From contig OZ024743.1 in NCBI GenBank assembly GCA_964016885.1, positions 284,580,001 through 284,644,000 on the forward strand: a DNA stretch of 64,000 nt, read 5' to 3'. This document shows positions 1 through 13,000 of the stretch, piece after piece; within the stretch, counting starts at the first letter, position 1, and each line of letters starts with the position of its first letter. Both the position numbers and the translations under genes were made by a program. The stretch is from Eledone cirrhosa. Taxonomy: Eukaryota. The notes beneath the pieces are model-generated. The model was not told the origin of the DNA. It was given only the letters and a program-made list of their open reading frames with translations, and ran no database searches.

Positions 1-79
1 ACTGCCCACAACAGGACAACCCGTCTAACCCATGCTAGCGTGGAAGAACGGACGTAAAACGGTGATGATGATGATGATG

Positions 80-82
<3 letters not shown>
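1..82 (+). mobile_element. 3' terminus of RTE LINE subfamily R1 with (GAT)n tail
   Basis: Matches the 3' end of the RT-bearing copy at 9880-10682 (cccatgctagcgtggaagaacggacgtaaaacggt-gatgat). Confidence 0.9.
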
Positions 83-110
<28 letters not shown>

Positions 111-273
111 CATATATATATATATACATACATACATATATATACATATATATATACATACATACATATATATACATATATATATACATACATACATATA
201 TATATATACATATATACATACATACATATATATATATACATATATACATACATACATATATATATATACATAT

Positions 274-310
<37 letters not shown>

Positions 311-715
311 CATACATATATATATATATACATATATATATACATACATATATATATATATATACATATATATACATACATACATATATATATATACATA
401 CATATATATATACATATATATATACATACATACATATATATATATACATACATATACATATATATATACATACATACATATATATATATACATATATATA
501 TACATACATATATATATACATATATATATACATACATACATATATATATACATATATACATACATACATATATATATACATATATATATACATACATATA
601 TATATACGTATATATATACATACATATATATATACATATATATATACATACATATATATATACGTATATATATACAAACATATATATATACATATATATA
701 TACATACATATATAC

Positions 716-750
<35 letters not shown>

Positions 751-767
751 CATACATATATATATAC

Positions 768-807
<40 letters not shown>

Positions 808-927
808 ATATACATACATATATATATACATACATATATATATACATACATATATATATACATATATATACATACATATATATATATATATATACATACA
901 TATATATATACATACATATATATATAC

Positions 928-979
<52 letters not shown>

Positions 980-1966
980 ATACATACATACATACATACA
1001 TATATACATACATATATATATACATACATATTTATATATACATATATATACATATGTATATATACATATATATACATATGTATATATACATATATACATA
1101 CATATATACATACATATATATATACATACATATTTATATATACATATATATACATATGTATATATACATATATATACATATGTATATATACATATATATA
1201 TATATACATATATATATATACATATATATATATACATATATATACACATAGATATATATATACACATACATATATATATATACATAAATATACATATATA
1301 TATACACATACATATATACACACATACATATATATATATATATATAAACACATACATATATATACACATACATATATATATATATATATAAACACATACA
1401 TATATATACACATACATATATATATATATACATAAATATACACATACATATATATATATACATAAATATACACATACATATATATATATACATAAATATA
1501 CACATACATATATATATATACATAAATATACACATAAATATATACATATATATACACATACATATATACATATATATACACATACATATACACATACATA
1601 TTTATATATATTTACATACATATATACATAAATATACACATACATATATATAAATACTTATATATATATACACATACATATATACAAATATATAGACATA
1701 CATATATATATCATCATCATCATCATCATCACCGTTTTACGTCCGTTCTTCCACACTAGCATGGGTTAGACGGGTTGTCCTGTTGTGGGCAGTGTCTGGT
1801 CGGCGGACCATGCCATATATACATATATATACACATACATATATATATATACATATATATACACATACATATATATATATACATATATATACACATACAT
1901 ATATATATATATACATACACATACATATATATGTACATATATATACACTTACATATATATATACAT

Positions 1967-2005
<39 letters not shown>

Positions 2006-2103
2006 CACATACATATATATGTACATATATATACATTTACATATATATACATACACTTACATATATATACATACACATACATATATATACATATATATAC
2101 ACT

Positions 2104-2139
<36 letters not shown>

Positions 2140-3548
2140 CATATATATATATAAATATATATACACATACATATATATATACATATATATACACATACAT
2201 ATATATATATACATACATATACACATACATATATATATATACATACATATACACATACATATATATATACATATATATATATACATACATATATATATAC
2301 ATATATATACACATACATATATATATACATATATATACACATACATATATATATACATATATATACACATACATATATATATACATATATATATATATAC
2401 ATACATATATATATACATATATATACACATACATATATATATACATACATATATATATACATATATACATACATATATATATACATATATACATACATAT
2501 ATACATACATATATACATACATATATATATACATATATGTATATACATATATACATATACATATACATATATATATATATATACATACATATATATACAT
2601 ATACATATACATATATATATACATATATACATATATAAATATACATACATATACATATACATATACATATATATATACATACATATATATACATATATAA
2701 ATATACATACATATATATATATAAATATATATATATAAATATATATATATATACATTATATATACATACATATATATATATATACATTATATATACATAC
2801 ATATATATATATACATTATATACACATACATATATACATATATATACACATACATATATATACATATATATACACATACATATATATACACATACATATA
2901 TAAACATATATATACACATACATATATATATATATACATATATATACACACATATATATATATACATATATATACACACATATATATATATATATATACA
3001 TATATATACACATACATATATATATACATAGATATACACATACATATATATACATATATATACACATATATATATATACATATATATACACATATATATA
3101 TATACATATATATACACATATATATACACATACATATATATATATACATATATATACACATACATATATATAAACATACATATATATATATAAATATATA
3201 TATACACCTATATATATATACATATATATACACACCTATATATATACATATATATATACATACATATATATATATACATATATATATACATATATATATA
3301 CATACATTTATATACATACATTTATATACATACAAATATACATATATATATACATAGATATACAAATATACATATATATATACATACATATATATACATA
3401 TATATATACATATATATATACATATATATATACATATATATATACATACATATATATACATATATATATATACATATATATATACATACATATATATACA
3501 TATATATATACATATATATATACATACATATATATATATATACATACA

Positions 3549-3582
<34 letters not shown>

Positions 3583-3673
3583 CATACATATATATATATA
3601 TATATACATATATATATACATACATATATATATATATATACATACATATATATATATATATATACATACATAT

Positions 3674-3734
<61 letters not shown>

Positions 3735-3920
3735 TACATACATACATACATATATATATATATACATACATACATATATATATATATACATACATATATA
3801 TATATATATATACATACATATATATATATACATACATACATATATATACATACATACATACATATATATATACATACATATATATATATACATATATATA
3901 TATATACATACATATATATA
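83..3920. repeat. Compound (TA)n/(TACA)n microsatellite, interrupted at 1711-1814
   Basis: Read directly; source of the spurious YIYI ORFs. Confidence 0.98.
1711..1814 (-). mobile_element. ~100 bp 5'-truncated RTE R1 stub
   Basis: (CAT)n followed by the reverse complement of the R1 3' end; TA on both sides. Confidence 0.9.
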
Positions 3921-5563
3921 TCATCATCATCATCATCATCATTTTACGTCCGCTTTTCCCTGCTTGCAAGGGTGGGACGGGTCTTATTCAGCACAGCATC
4001 TCTCCACTCGTCACGGTCCCTCGTCATCTCCACCGTGAGCTTCAATGATCTGAGGTCTGTTCTCACCACCTCCGCCCATGTTTTTCGTGGTCTACCTCTA
4101 CCACGTCTTCCTTCAACTGGCATTTCCTGGCACTTCTTCACCCATCGGTCATCCTCCATGCGCATCACATGTCCATACCACCTCAGTCTCCTCTCCCGTA
4201 CACTACATTCTATCCCTCTCAGACACAGTTTCTCTCTCAACACATTTATGCTGGGTCGTTCACGCACATTTACACTGCACATCCAACGGAGCATGCTTGC
4301 CTCATTTCTCTCCAGCCGTCGCATATCTTCTGCGGTAGCTGCCCATGTCTCACTACCATGCAGCATCGCGCTCCTCACACAGGCATCATACAACCGGCCT
4401 TTCGTACGCAGGGAGAAACCCTTCTTCGTCAACAGAGGAAGCAGCTCCCTAAACTTCTTCCAACCCGTCCTTATTCTAGATACTATGGCCTCGGAACACC
4501 CTCCTCCCATGCTAATCTGATCTCCTAGGTACCGGAAGCTATCCACCACTTCTATAGCGCCCTCTCGCATTTGAAAAATGTGTCTATCAGTGCGACTTCT
4601 ACTGTCTAATTTCCCTGTACATCTACTGCATACATATTTCTCCCTACCTGTTAGTTTGCCTGCTATCCCGCTACATCTCTTGTGTACCCAGGACCTACAT
4701 TGTGTGCATTTTATAGAATTTATGCCAGTTCCTTTTCTGCATATCGAACATGGCCATTTCCCTGACGGAATCAGGGTTTTGTCCTCTTTTCTACTCATCA
4801 ACACTTTTGTCTTAGCTAGATTTACTCTCAGTCCTCTTGCTTCCAACTGCTGTTTCCATAGCCGGAATTTATTCTCTAGCTCCTCTACTGATTCTGCCAT
4901 AAGAGCCAGATCGTCAGCATAGAGAAGTTCCCATGGACAGCCAGTCTTAAACTCCTCTGTTATGGCTTGGAGGACTATAATGAACAAGAGCGGGCTGAGG
5001 ACCGAACCCTGATGTACTCCTACTTGTATCTGGAATTCCTCACTAAACTCCATTCCTACCCTGACTTTACTGAGAGTACCTCTGTACAAAGTTTGCACTG
5101 TCCTTACAAGCCATTCCTCAACACCCAGCTTCCTTAGGGACCACCAGATGACAGATCGGGGTACCCTATCAAAGGCCTTCTCTAGGTCAACAAAGGCTAA
5201 GTATAGTGGCTTATTCTTCTCTAAGAACCTCTCTTGCATTTGTCTCACCAAGAAGAGGGCATCTGTTGTACTCTTCCCAGGCACAAAACCAAACTGCATC
5301 TCATCTAGTTTGACCCTTTCTCTAATTAGTTGTGCTAGAATCCTTTCTGCCACTTTCATAACCTGATCTATCAGTTTTATACCCCTATAATTGCTCCTCT
5401 CCAAAGCATCCCCTTTACCTTTGTAGCAATTTATGAGAATACTGCTGCACCAGTCTTTGGGTATGACACCACCATATATAGCCTGATTGATTATGCGTGC
5501 AACCAGTTTAGTGCCTACGTCCCCTGATGCCTTCAGCATCTCAGCAACTATTCCCGATGGGAA
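3921..5563 (-). mobile_element. 5'-truncated RTE-clade LINE (R3) with open RT and C-terminal frame
   Basis: Real part of ORF 3944..5956: [51 protein letters not shown]; stop codon abuts the (GAT)n tail. Confidence 0.95.
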
Positions 5564-6007
<444 letters not shown>

Positions 6008-6675
6008 TCATCATCATTAACATCAACGTTTAACGTCCGTGTTCCACGCTTGCATGGGTTTGGACGGGGGTTTTCCCACTTGAGGCAAGAGTGGTTGTCT
6101 TGCTCGCATAGGACTGTCTGGCAGGTTTTCTACAGTTGGATGCCCTTCCTAACACCAACCACATTTATAGTGTGGGTCTGGGAGGTTTTTACCGTGTTGT
6201 CTACACGGCCACATTATAGCGTGAACTGTGTTTTTTTGACGTGACACCTACACGATCTCATTTGTTTCGGCCTGGATGTTGTGGCACCAACATAACTTTA
6301 CTTTGAAAGAGGCGGTGTGGATGGGGTGGGGGTGGTGGGACGGGGGTGTATTTTGTTAGAGATGCCTACTGACTGTAGTAGGTTTTACTTTGTATTTAGG
6401 TAAGGCGGGTCTTCTCTATTACTGAGTACCGCCAAAGGTCTCGGTCCAGTGACATTGTCTAGGTGAGGTGTAAGTGTGTGAGGTCGGAATTTATCAGCTC
6501 GTCCCAGGTTTTTCTGGGTTTGCCTATTCCGTGGCTACCGTCTATCTTTATTGCCCTGCACTTTGTTATACAGCTATCGTCCTTCATGCGCATCACGTGA
6601 CCATACCAACGTAGCCTTCTCTCGAGTAAACAACATCTGATCCCTCTTATTTCTAATCCCTCTTATTTCTAATTT
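6008..6675 (-). mobile_element. RTE LINE R2 3' fragment
   Basis: Highly similar to 6711-7345; encodes [18 protein letters not shown]; 16-bp tandem duplication at its 5' junction. Confidence 0.9.
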
Positions 6676-6710
6676 ATATATACATATATATCATTTATAC
6701 ATACATATAT

Positions 6711-9556
6711 ATCATCATCATCATCATCGTCGTTTAACGTCCACATTCCACGCTTGCATGGGTTTGGACGGGAGTTTTCCCACTTGAGGCAAGAGTGGTT
6801 ATCTTGCGGGTTTTCTACAGCTGGATGCCCTTCCTAACACCAACCACATTTACAGTGTGGGACTGAGAGGTTTTTACCGTGTTACCTACATGGTCACATT
6901 ACAGCGTGGACTGTGTGTTTTTTTTTTTTGTCGTGACACCTACTCGACCTCATTTGTTTCGGCCTGGATGTTGTGGCACCAACATAACTTTACATTGAAA
7001 GGGGTGGTGTGGATGGCGTGGGGTGGTGGGACGGGGGTGTATTTTGTTAGAGGTGCCTACTGACTGTAGTAGGTTTTACTTAGTATTTAGGTAAGGCGTG
7101 TCTTCTCTATTACTGAGTACCGCCAAAGGTCTCGGTCCAGTGACATTGTCTTGGCGAGGTGTAAGTGTGTGAGGTTGGAATTTATCAAGTCGTCCCAGGT
7201 TTTTCTGGATCTGCCTCCTCCGTGGCTACCGTCTACCTTTATTGCCCTGCACTTTTTTATACAGCTGTCGTCTTTCATGCGCATCACGTGACCATACCAA
7301 CGTAGCCTTCTCTCGAGTACACAACATCTGATCCCTCTTATTTCTAATTTTTCCCTTAGTTCGTTAATGCTTTACCATTCACGTATATTACTATTACAGA
7401 TCCAGCGGAGCATGCAAGCTTCGTTCCTCTCTAGTCTGCGTATATCCTCTGCACACAATGCCCAGGTCTCACTGCCATGCAACATGGCTGTTCGTATGCA
7501 GGCATCATACAACCTGCCTTTCATTTTTAGGGAGAACCCTTTAGCGGCTAATAGTGGTATAGGCTCTCTGAACTTTTTCCATCCAGTTCTGACTCTAGCT
7601 ACTGTACTTTCAGAGCACCCTCCCCCACTGCTGATTTTGTCACCCAGGTAACGGAAGCTGTCCACTATTTCTATAGAACCCTCTGCGCAATTGAAAGAGC
7701 TAGTATTTTGTGATCACTTGCTGCTACTTATTGCACCAGAGCACCGGCCACATGTAAAATCTATGTTCTTAGTTAGCTTACCTGTGATCCCACTACATCT
7801 TTTATGCACCCATACTTTGCATTTGGGACATAAAATGGAGTTTCTACCTACGCCTTTCCTACACACTGAGCATGGCCATTTCCCGGAAGGGACTGGCGCC
7901 TTATTGTCTTTCCTACAAACTAGAACTTTAGTCTTAGCCAGGTTAATTTTAAGGCCTTTTGATTCTAGGCCGTGCTTCCATGTTTGGAATTTCTTCTCTA
8001 ACTCGGCCATTGATTCAGCTATGAGACATAGATCATCTGCGTATAGGAGTTCCCATGGGCAGCCGGTCTTGAACTCCTCTGTTATAGCCTGAAGGGCAAT
8101 AATAAATAGTAGGGGGCTAAGAACAGAGCCCTGATGGACACCAACTTTTACGCTAAACTCTTCACTATATTCGTTGTTAATTCTAACCTTGCTGACTGTT
8201 TCTTTATACATGGCTTGTATAGCTCTCACAAGCCATTCGTCAACACCTAGTTTTCTAAGAGCCCACCAGATAATGGAACGGGGGACTCTGTCGAAGGCTT
8301 TCTCCAAGTCGACAAAAGCTAAGTATAGGGGTTTACTTTTAGCTAGGTACTTCTCCTGTAGTTGTCGTACAATGAAAAGAGCGTCTGTGGTACTTTTGCC
8401 TGACACAAACCCGAACTGCATTTCATCTAGATCAATTCTCTCTCTGATTAGTTGCGCTATTACTTTTTCTGTGACCTTCATGACCTGGTCGATTAATTTA
8501 ATGCCTCTATAGTTACTCCTATCTAGGGCGTCTCCTTTACCCTTGTAACAGTTAACGATGATGCTACTACGCCAGTCATTCGGAACAACCCCATTCTGTA
8601 TGACTTGGTTTACTATCCGGGTGACCATGGTGTGTTCCACCGTTCCAGAGGCTTTCAGCATCTCAGCAACTATTTCCGAAGGCCCAGCTGCCTTACCCGT
8701 CTTCATATCTTTGATTCCCTTACTTATTATACTACCTTCGACTAACACTGCTGGTCCCTCTATTGGGTCGATGTGGGGGAGACTGTCTTTCTCCCATTTA
8801 TTCTCCTCATTTAGTAGCCTTTCGTAGTGACACTTCCAAGCTACCTTCTTATCAGCGTCAGTGATGGCAAGTACGCCATCATCGTTAAGTACACACTTCT
8901 CCCCGACAATATCACGGTTTTCCTTGACACATTGCCTATCAATCCTGAACACCTCACGTTTTTGGTCCTCGCGTTGTAGAACATGCTTGAACTTTCTTTC
9001 CTCTGCTTCCCTTCTTGCGAAGTACACTTGTCTCCTCGCTTCCCTCCTGGCCACTTGATAGTCTTCTCTACTTCCCCCATCCCGCCATGCTTTCCAAGCC
9101 TGCTTTTTGGCCTTGATTGACCCCTCCACCTTACTGTTCCACCACCATGTTACTCTCCTCCTGCCTACAGGCCTGCTCCAGCCACAGACTTCGTCTGCCG
9201 CCATCAGCAGGTTTGCTTTCAGGAATTCCCACTGTTCCTCTACATTGTACGACTCTAATTGCTCTTCCTTACTGTCGAAAGCATCAAGTAATATGCTTTG
9301 AAATTTATTTCTGGCTGTGGGATCCTTTAGCTTCCATATTTTTCTCCTGAGGATAGTCCTCTTCTGCTGTCTAGTACATCTCGTCCTGACTATGAGGTCG
9401 CTAATTATCAGTCTATGTTGGGAGGTGCATTCTTCATGGGGGAGGGATTTAGTGTTTACAACAGACACTCTGTCACGTCTTCTGGTAAGGATATAATCTA
9501 CCTGGCTGGTATGTTCCCCTGATCTGTAGGTGATCAAGTGATTGTCTCGTTTTTTT
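6711..9556 (-). mobile_element. RTE LINE R2, 5'-truncated within the APE endonuclease, with in-frame stops
   Basis: ITY..SQVDYIL..SQHRLI (APE end), RT motifs [10 protein letters not shown] and YADD; stops at 7714 and 7372; (GAT)n tail. Confidence 0.95.
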
Positions 9557-9690
9557 AATATATATATACATATATATATACATATATATACACATACATA
9601 CATATACACATATATATATACACATACATACATATATATATACACATACATACATATATACATATATATACATATATATACATATATATA

Positions 9691-9881
9691 TATATATGTG
9701 TGCATGTATGTATATATATACATACTACTGTACGTCTGTATACATATATGTATGTATGTATACATACATACTTACATTTAAGTAAGTGCCGTACTAAGAG
9801 TGAGAAATGAAATTTCGTTTCATTCTATTCCATTTATCGTTTTCGGTGTGCCCGGCCGACTGAACTCACTCAATATGCAAA
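9691..9881 (+). mobile_element. Partial unit of retrozyme-like family B, fused to an RTE
   Basis: Essentially identical to 11463-11653. Confidence 0.9.
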
Positions 9882-10682
9882 GTTTAGGGAACTACTACCA
9901 CTGCTAGCTGCAAAAGGCTTCTCCCTCAGAATGAAAGGCAGACTGTATGATGCGTGTATCCGAACAGCGATGTTGCATGGTAGTGAGACCTGGGCGCTGA
10001 AGGTGGAAGACTTACGTAGATTAGAGAGAAACGAAGCCTGCATGCTCCGATGGATGTGTAACAGTAATATACGTGAACGACAAAGCATAAATGAATTGAG
10101 AGAGAGACTGAGCATAAGAGGAATCAAATGCTGCGTGCAGGAGAGGCGGTTACGCTGGTATGGACATGTGATGCGTATGAAGGATGACAGCTGCATAAAA
10201 AGGTGCAGAGCACTAGAAGTTGATGGAAACCGCGGAGTGGGGAGACCCAAGATGACTTGGGATGAGGTGATAAAAGCCGACCTTACCCAACTACACCTCT
10301 CAAAGTCAATGACACACGACCGTGACTTCTGGCGTCACGCAGTAATACAGGGTACCCGACCTCCCATGGGTACATGCTGAAGCATATAAACAATATGCCC
10401 CCCCCCCCCCCACCGCAAGGTGGTCGTGGAGGTGCCACGGCAAAAAAGCACCCAGCCCACACTGTAAAGTGGACGTGTAGGCGCCACGAAAAAGCACCCA
10501 GCACTCACTGTAAATGAGGTTGGTGTTAGGAAGGGCATCCAGCTGTAGAAATCAAGCCAGATCAGTTCCTGTATGAGCAAGGCATGGTCAGCCGACCAGA
10601 CACTGCCCACAACAGGACAACCCGTCTAACCCATGCTAGCGTGGAAGAACGGACGTAAAACGGTGATGATGATGATGATGAT
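9880..10682 (+). mobile_element. 5'-truncated RTE LINE R1
   Basis: ORF 9931..10380 ([21 protein letters not shown]), 3' UTR and (GAT)n tail. Confidence 0.95.
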
Positions 10683-11019
10683 ACACATACATACATATAC
10701 ATATATATACATATACATATATACATATATATACATGGAATAGAATGAAACAAAATTTCATTTCTCACTCTTAGTACGGCACTTACTTAAATGTAAGTAT
10801 GTATGTATGTATACGTACATACATATATGTATTCAGACGTATAGTAGTATGTATATATATACATACATGCACACATATATATATATATGCACGTATCGGT
10901 TTACCGAACATTTATTATAATGCTCGGTTTGTTTGTTTGTAAACAAACAAACAGCCCTAATTACGCCGTACAGTGTTTAGGCAAACACGTCACCTTTTTG
11001 TTCAACACTGACACAGGAA

Positions 11020-11060
11020 CGATGTACTAGTTTCAAGCTTATTAGCTATCGTCAGCATCG
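11020..11060 (-). ncRNA. Minimal type I hammerhead ribozyme (family B), intact core
   Basis: CGATG-CTGACGA-tAGCT-aata-AGCTt-GAAA-CTAG-TA-CATCG. Confidence 0.88.
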
Positions 11061-11286
11061 TATACCTTCCTGCCAGATGGTTGAACGTCTGAAAGTATAT
11101 ACTTTCCTTATGCATATTAATGGCTGAGCAGCCTAATTTGCATATCGAGTGAGTTCAGTCGGCCGGGCACATCGAAAACGATAAATGGAATAGAATGAAA
11201 CAAAATTTCATTTCTCACTCTTAGTACGGCACTTACTAACGGAAGTATATACTTTCAGACATTCAACCATCTTGCAGGAAGGTATA

Positions 11287-11327
11287 TGATGCTGAAAATA
11301 GCTAATAAGCTTGAAACTAGTACATCG
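11287..11327 (+). ncRNA. Hammerhead ribozyme (family B) with core mutation CTGAAAA, probably inactive
   Basis: tGATG-CTGAAAA-tAGCTaataAGCTt-GAAA-CTAG-TA-CATCG. Confidence 0.75.
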
Positions 11328-11730
11328 TTCCTGTGTCAGTGTTGAACAAAAAGGTGACGTGGTTGCCTAAACACTGTACGGCGTAATTAGGGCTGTTTGT
11401 TTGTTTACAAACAAACAAACCGAGCATTATAATAAATGTTCGGTAAACCGATACGTGCATATATATATATGTGTGCATGTATGTATATATATACATACTA
11501 CTGTACGTCTGTATACATATATGTATGTATGTATACATACATACTTACATTTAAGTAAGTGCCGTACTAAGAGTGAGAAATGAAATTTCGTTTCATTCTA
11601 TTCCATTTATCGTTTTCGGTGTGCCCGGCCGACTGAACTCACTCAATATGCAAATTAGGCTGCTCAGCCATTAATATGCATAAGGAAAGTATATACTTTC
11701 AGATGTTCAACCATCTGGCAGGAAGGTATA

Positions 11731-11771
11731 CGATGCTGATGATAGCTAATAAGCTTGAAACTAGTACATCA
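11731..11771 (+). ncRNA. Minimal type I hammerhead ribozyme (family B), intact core
   Basis: cGATG-CTGATGA-tAGCTaataAGCTt-GAAA-CTAG-TA-CATC. Confidence 0.88.
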
Positions 11772-12017
11772 TTCCTGTGTCAGTGTTGAACAAAAAAGTG
11801 ACGTGGTTGCCTAAACACTGTACGGCATAATTCGGGCTGTTTTTTTGTTTACAAACAAACAAACCGAGCATTATAATAAATGTTCGGTAAACCGATACGT
11901 GCATATATATGTGTGCATGTATGTATGTATATAAATACTACTGTACGTCTGTATACATATATGTATGTACGTATACATACATATATATACATACATATAC
12001 ATATACATATATATATA

Positions 12018-12411
12018 GAGGCACATGGCTTAGTGGTTAGAACATTGGGCTTGCAATCGAAAGGTTGTGAGTTCAATTCTCAGACCGGGTGATGTGTTGT
12101 TTCCTTGAGCAAAACACTTCATTTCACATCACTCCAGTTTACTCAGCTGTAGAAATGAGATGATAGGATGGGGGTCCCTATCATTCCACTGCAAATTGGT
12201 CGTATAGGTGTCACAGCAAAAAAAGCACCCAGCCCACACTGTAAAGTGGACGTGTAGGCACCACGGAAAAAAAGCACCCAGCACTCACTGTAAATGAGGT
12301 TGGTGTTAGGAAGGGCATCCAGCTGTAGAAATCAAGCCAGAATCAGTTCTCGTCCCACCCTTGCAAGCAGGGAAAAGCGGACGTAAAATGATGATGATGA
12401 TGAATGATGAT
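12018..12411 (+). mobile_element. tRNA-derived SINE with RTE-derived tail
   Basis: A box TGGCTTAGTGG, B box GTTCAATTC, central ccttgagcaa..cactt domain, RTE 3' end plus (GAT)n; second copy at 58381. Confidence 0.88.
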
Positions 12412-12551
12412 ATATATTTTTTCAAGGGCCGAGTGTACTCAGCCCTTGAAAAAATTGATTCCACTTCATTTACTCTCATCTCGGGAACAATTTTGAATAG
12501 CGCCAGTTTGTAATTTAAGTTCGAGAATTTTATATTCTTCAAATGTAAAGA

Positions 12552-12635
12552 ACCTTCTGACGAGAATCTTTCTTTGCAACGAAGGCCGTATGGACTCCGT
12601 TTATTCTTGAGATTCGAAACCGATTCGGTAAAGGT
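12552..12635 (+). ncRNA. Type I hammerhead ribozyme with large stem II insertion
   Basis: ACCTT-CTGACGA-GAATCT..AGATTC-GAAA-CCGAtTCGG-TA-AAGGT; all three stems pair; GUA cleavage triplet. Confidence 0.8.
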
Positions 12636-12869
12636 AACTATAGTAGGTAATGTTAATTTTTTTTAATTTATTTTGAAACTTTTTCCTTATTTACTAAACC
12701 TTGTTTATATATGTTCTGGCTCGTTAATTTATTAACCTGCCATTGAACCACATTGGCATTTGGTTGGACAATACATGTGTCCCTTAGCGCCTGTGCGTGT
12801 AGGAGCATATATTCTATATTATATATATATTTATATCTAGTGACACTAAGTATTGATTCTATAACAAGG

Positions 12870-13000
12870 CCTCCGGATCACATCCCTACTCACTGCTATT
12901 GGAGCAGAGTTGGCTGCTCGTAGGTGCGAGCCCCGCGGGCTTCAGTAGCTGTTCCAACGCGTCTCCCTCGCCGTTCTCCAGGGCAATCCATTCTCGGTCT
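12870..13000 (+). pseudogene. C-terminal fragment of an RLE-type (CRE-like) non-LTR retrotransposon
   Basis: Manual translation TSLLTAIGAELAARRCEPRGLQ*LFQRVSLAVLQGN resembles the CRE-type C-terminal motif LFQRISxAVQRGN. Confidence 0.6.

Larger units (their letters stand above)
10735..11990. mobile_element. Retrozyme-like family B array: ~445-450 bp units in two head-to-head blocks (junction ~11238-11241)
   Basis: ggaatagaatgaaac recurs at 10737 and 11187; the right block is the reverse complement with period 444; one HHR per unit; TA flanks. Confidence 0.85.

Noticed and set aside
12018-12090. tRNA gene (also at 58381)
   Set aside because: It is a SINE head that continues into SINE body and LINE tail.
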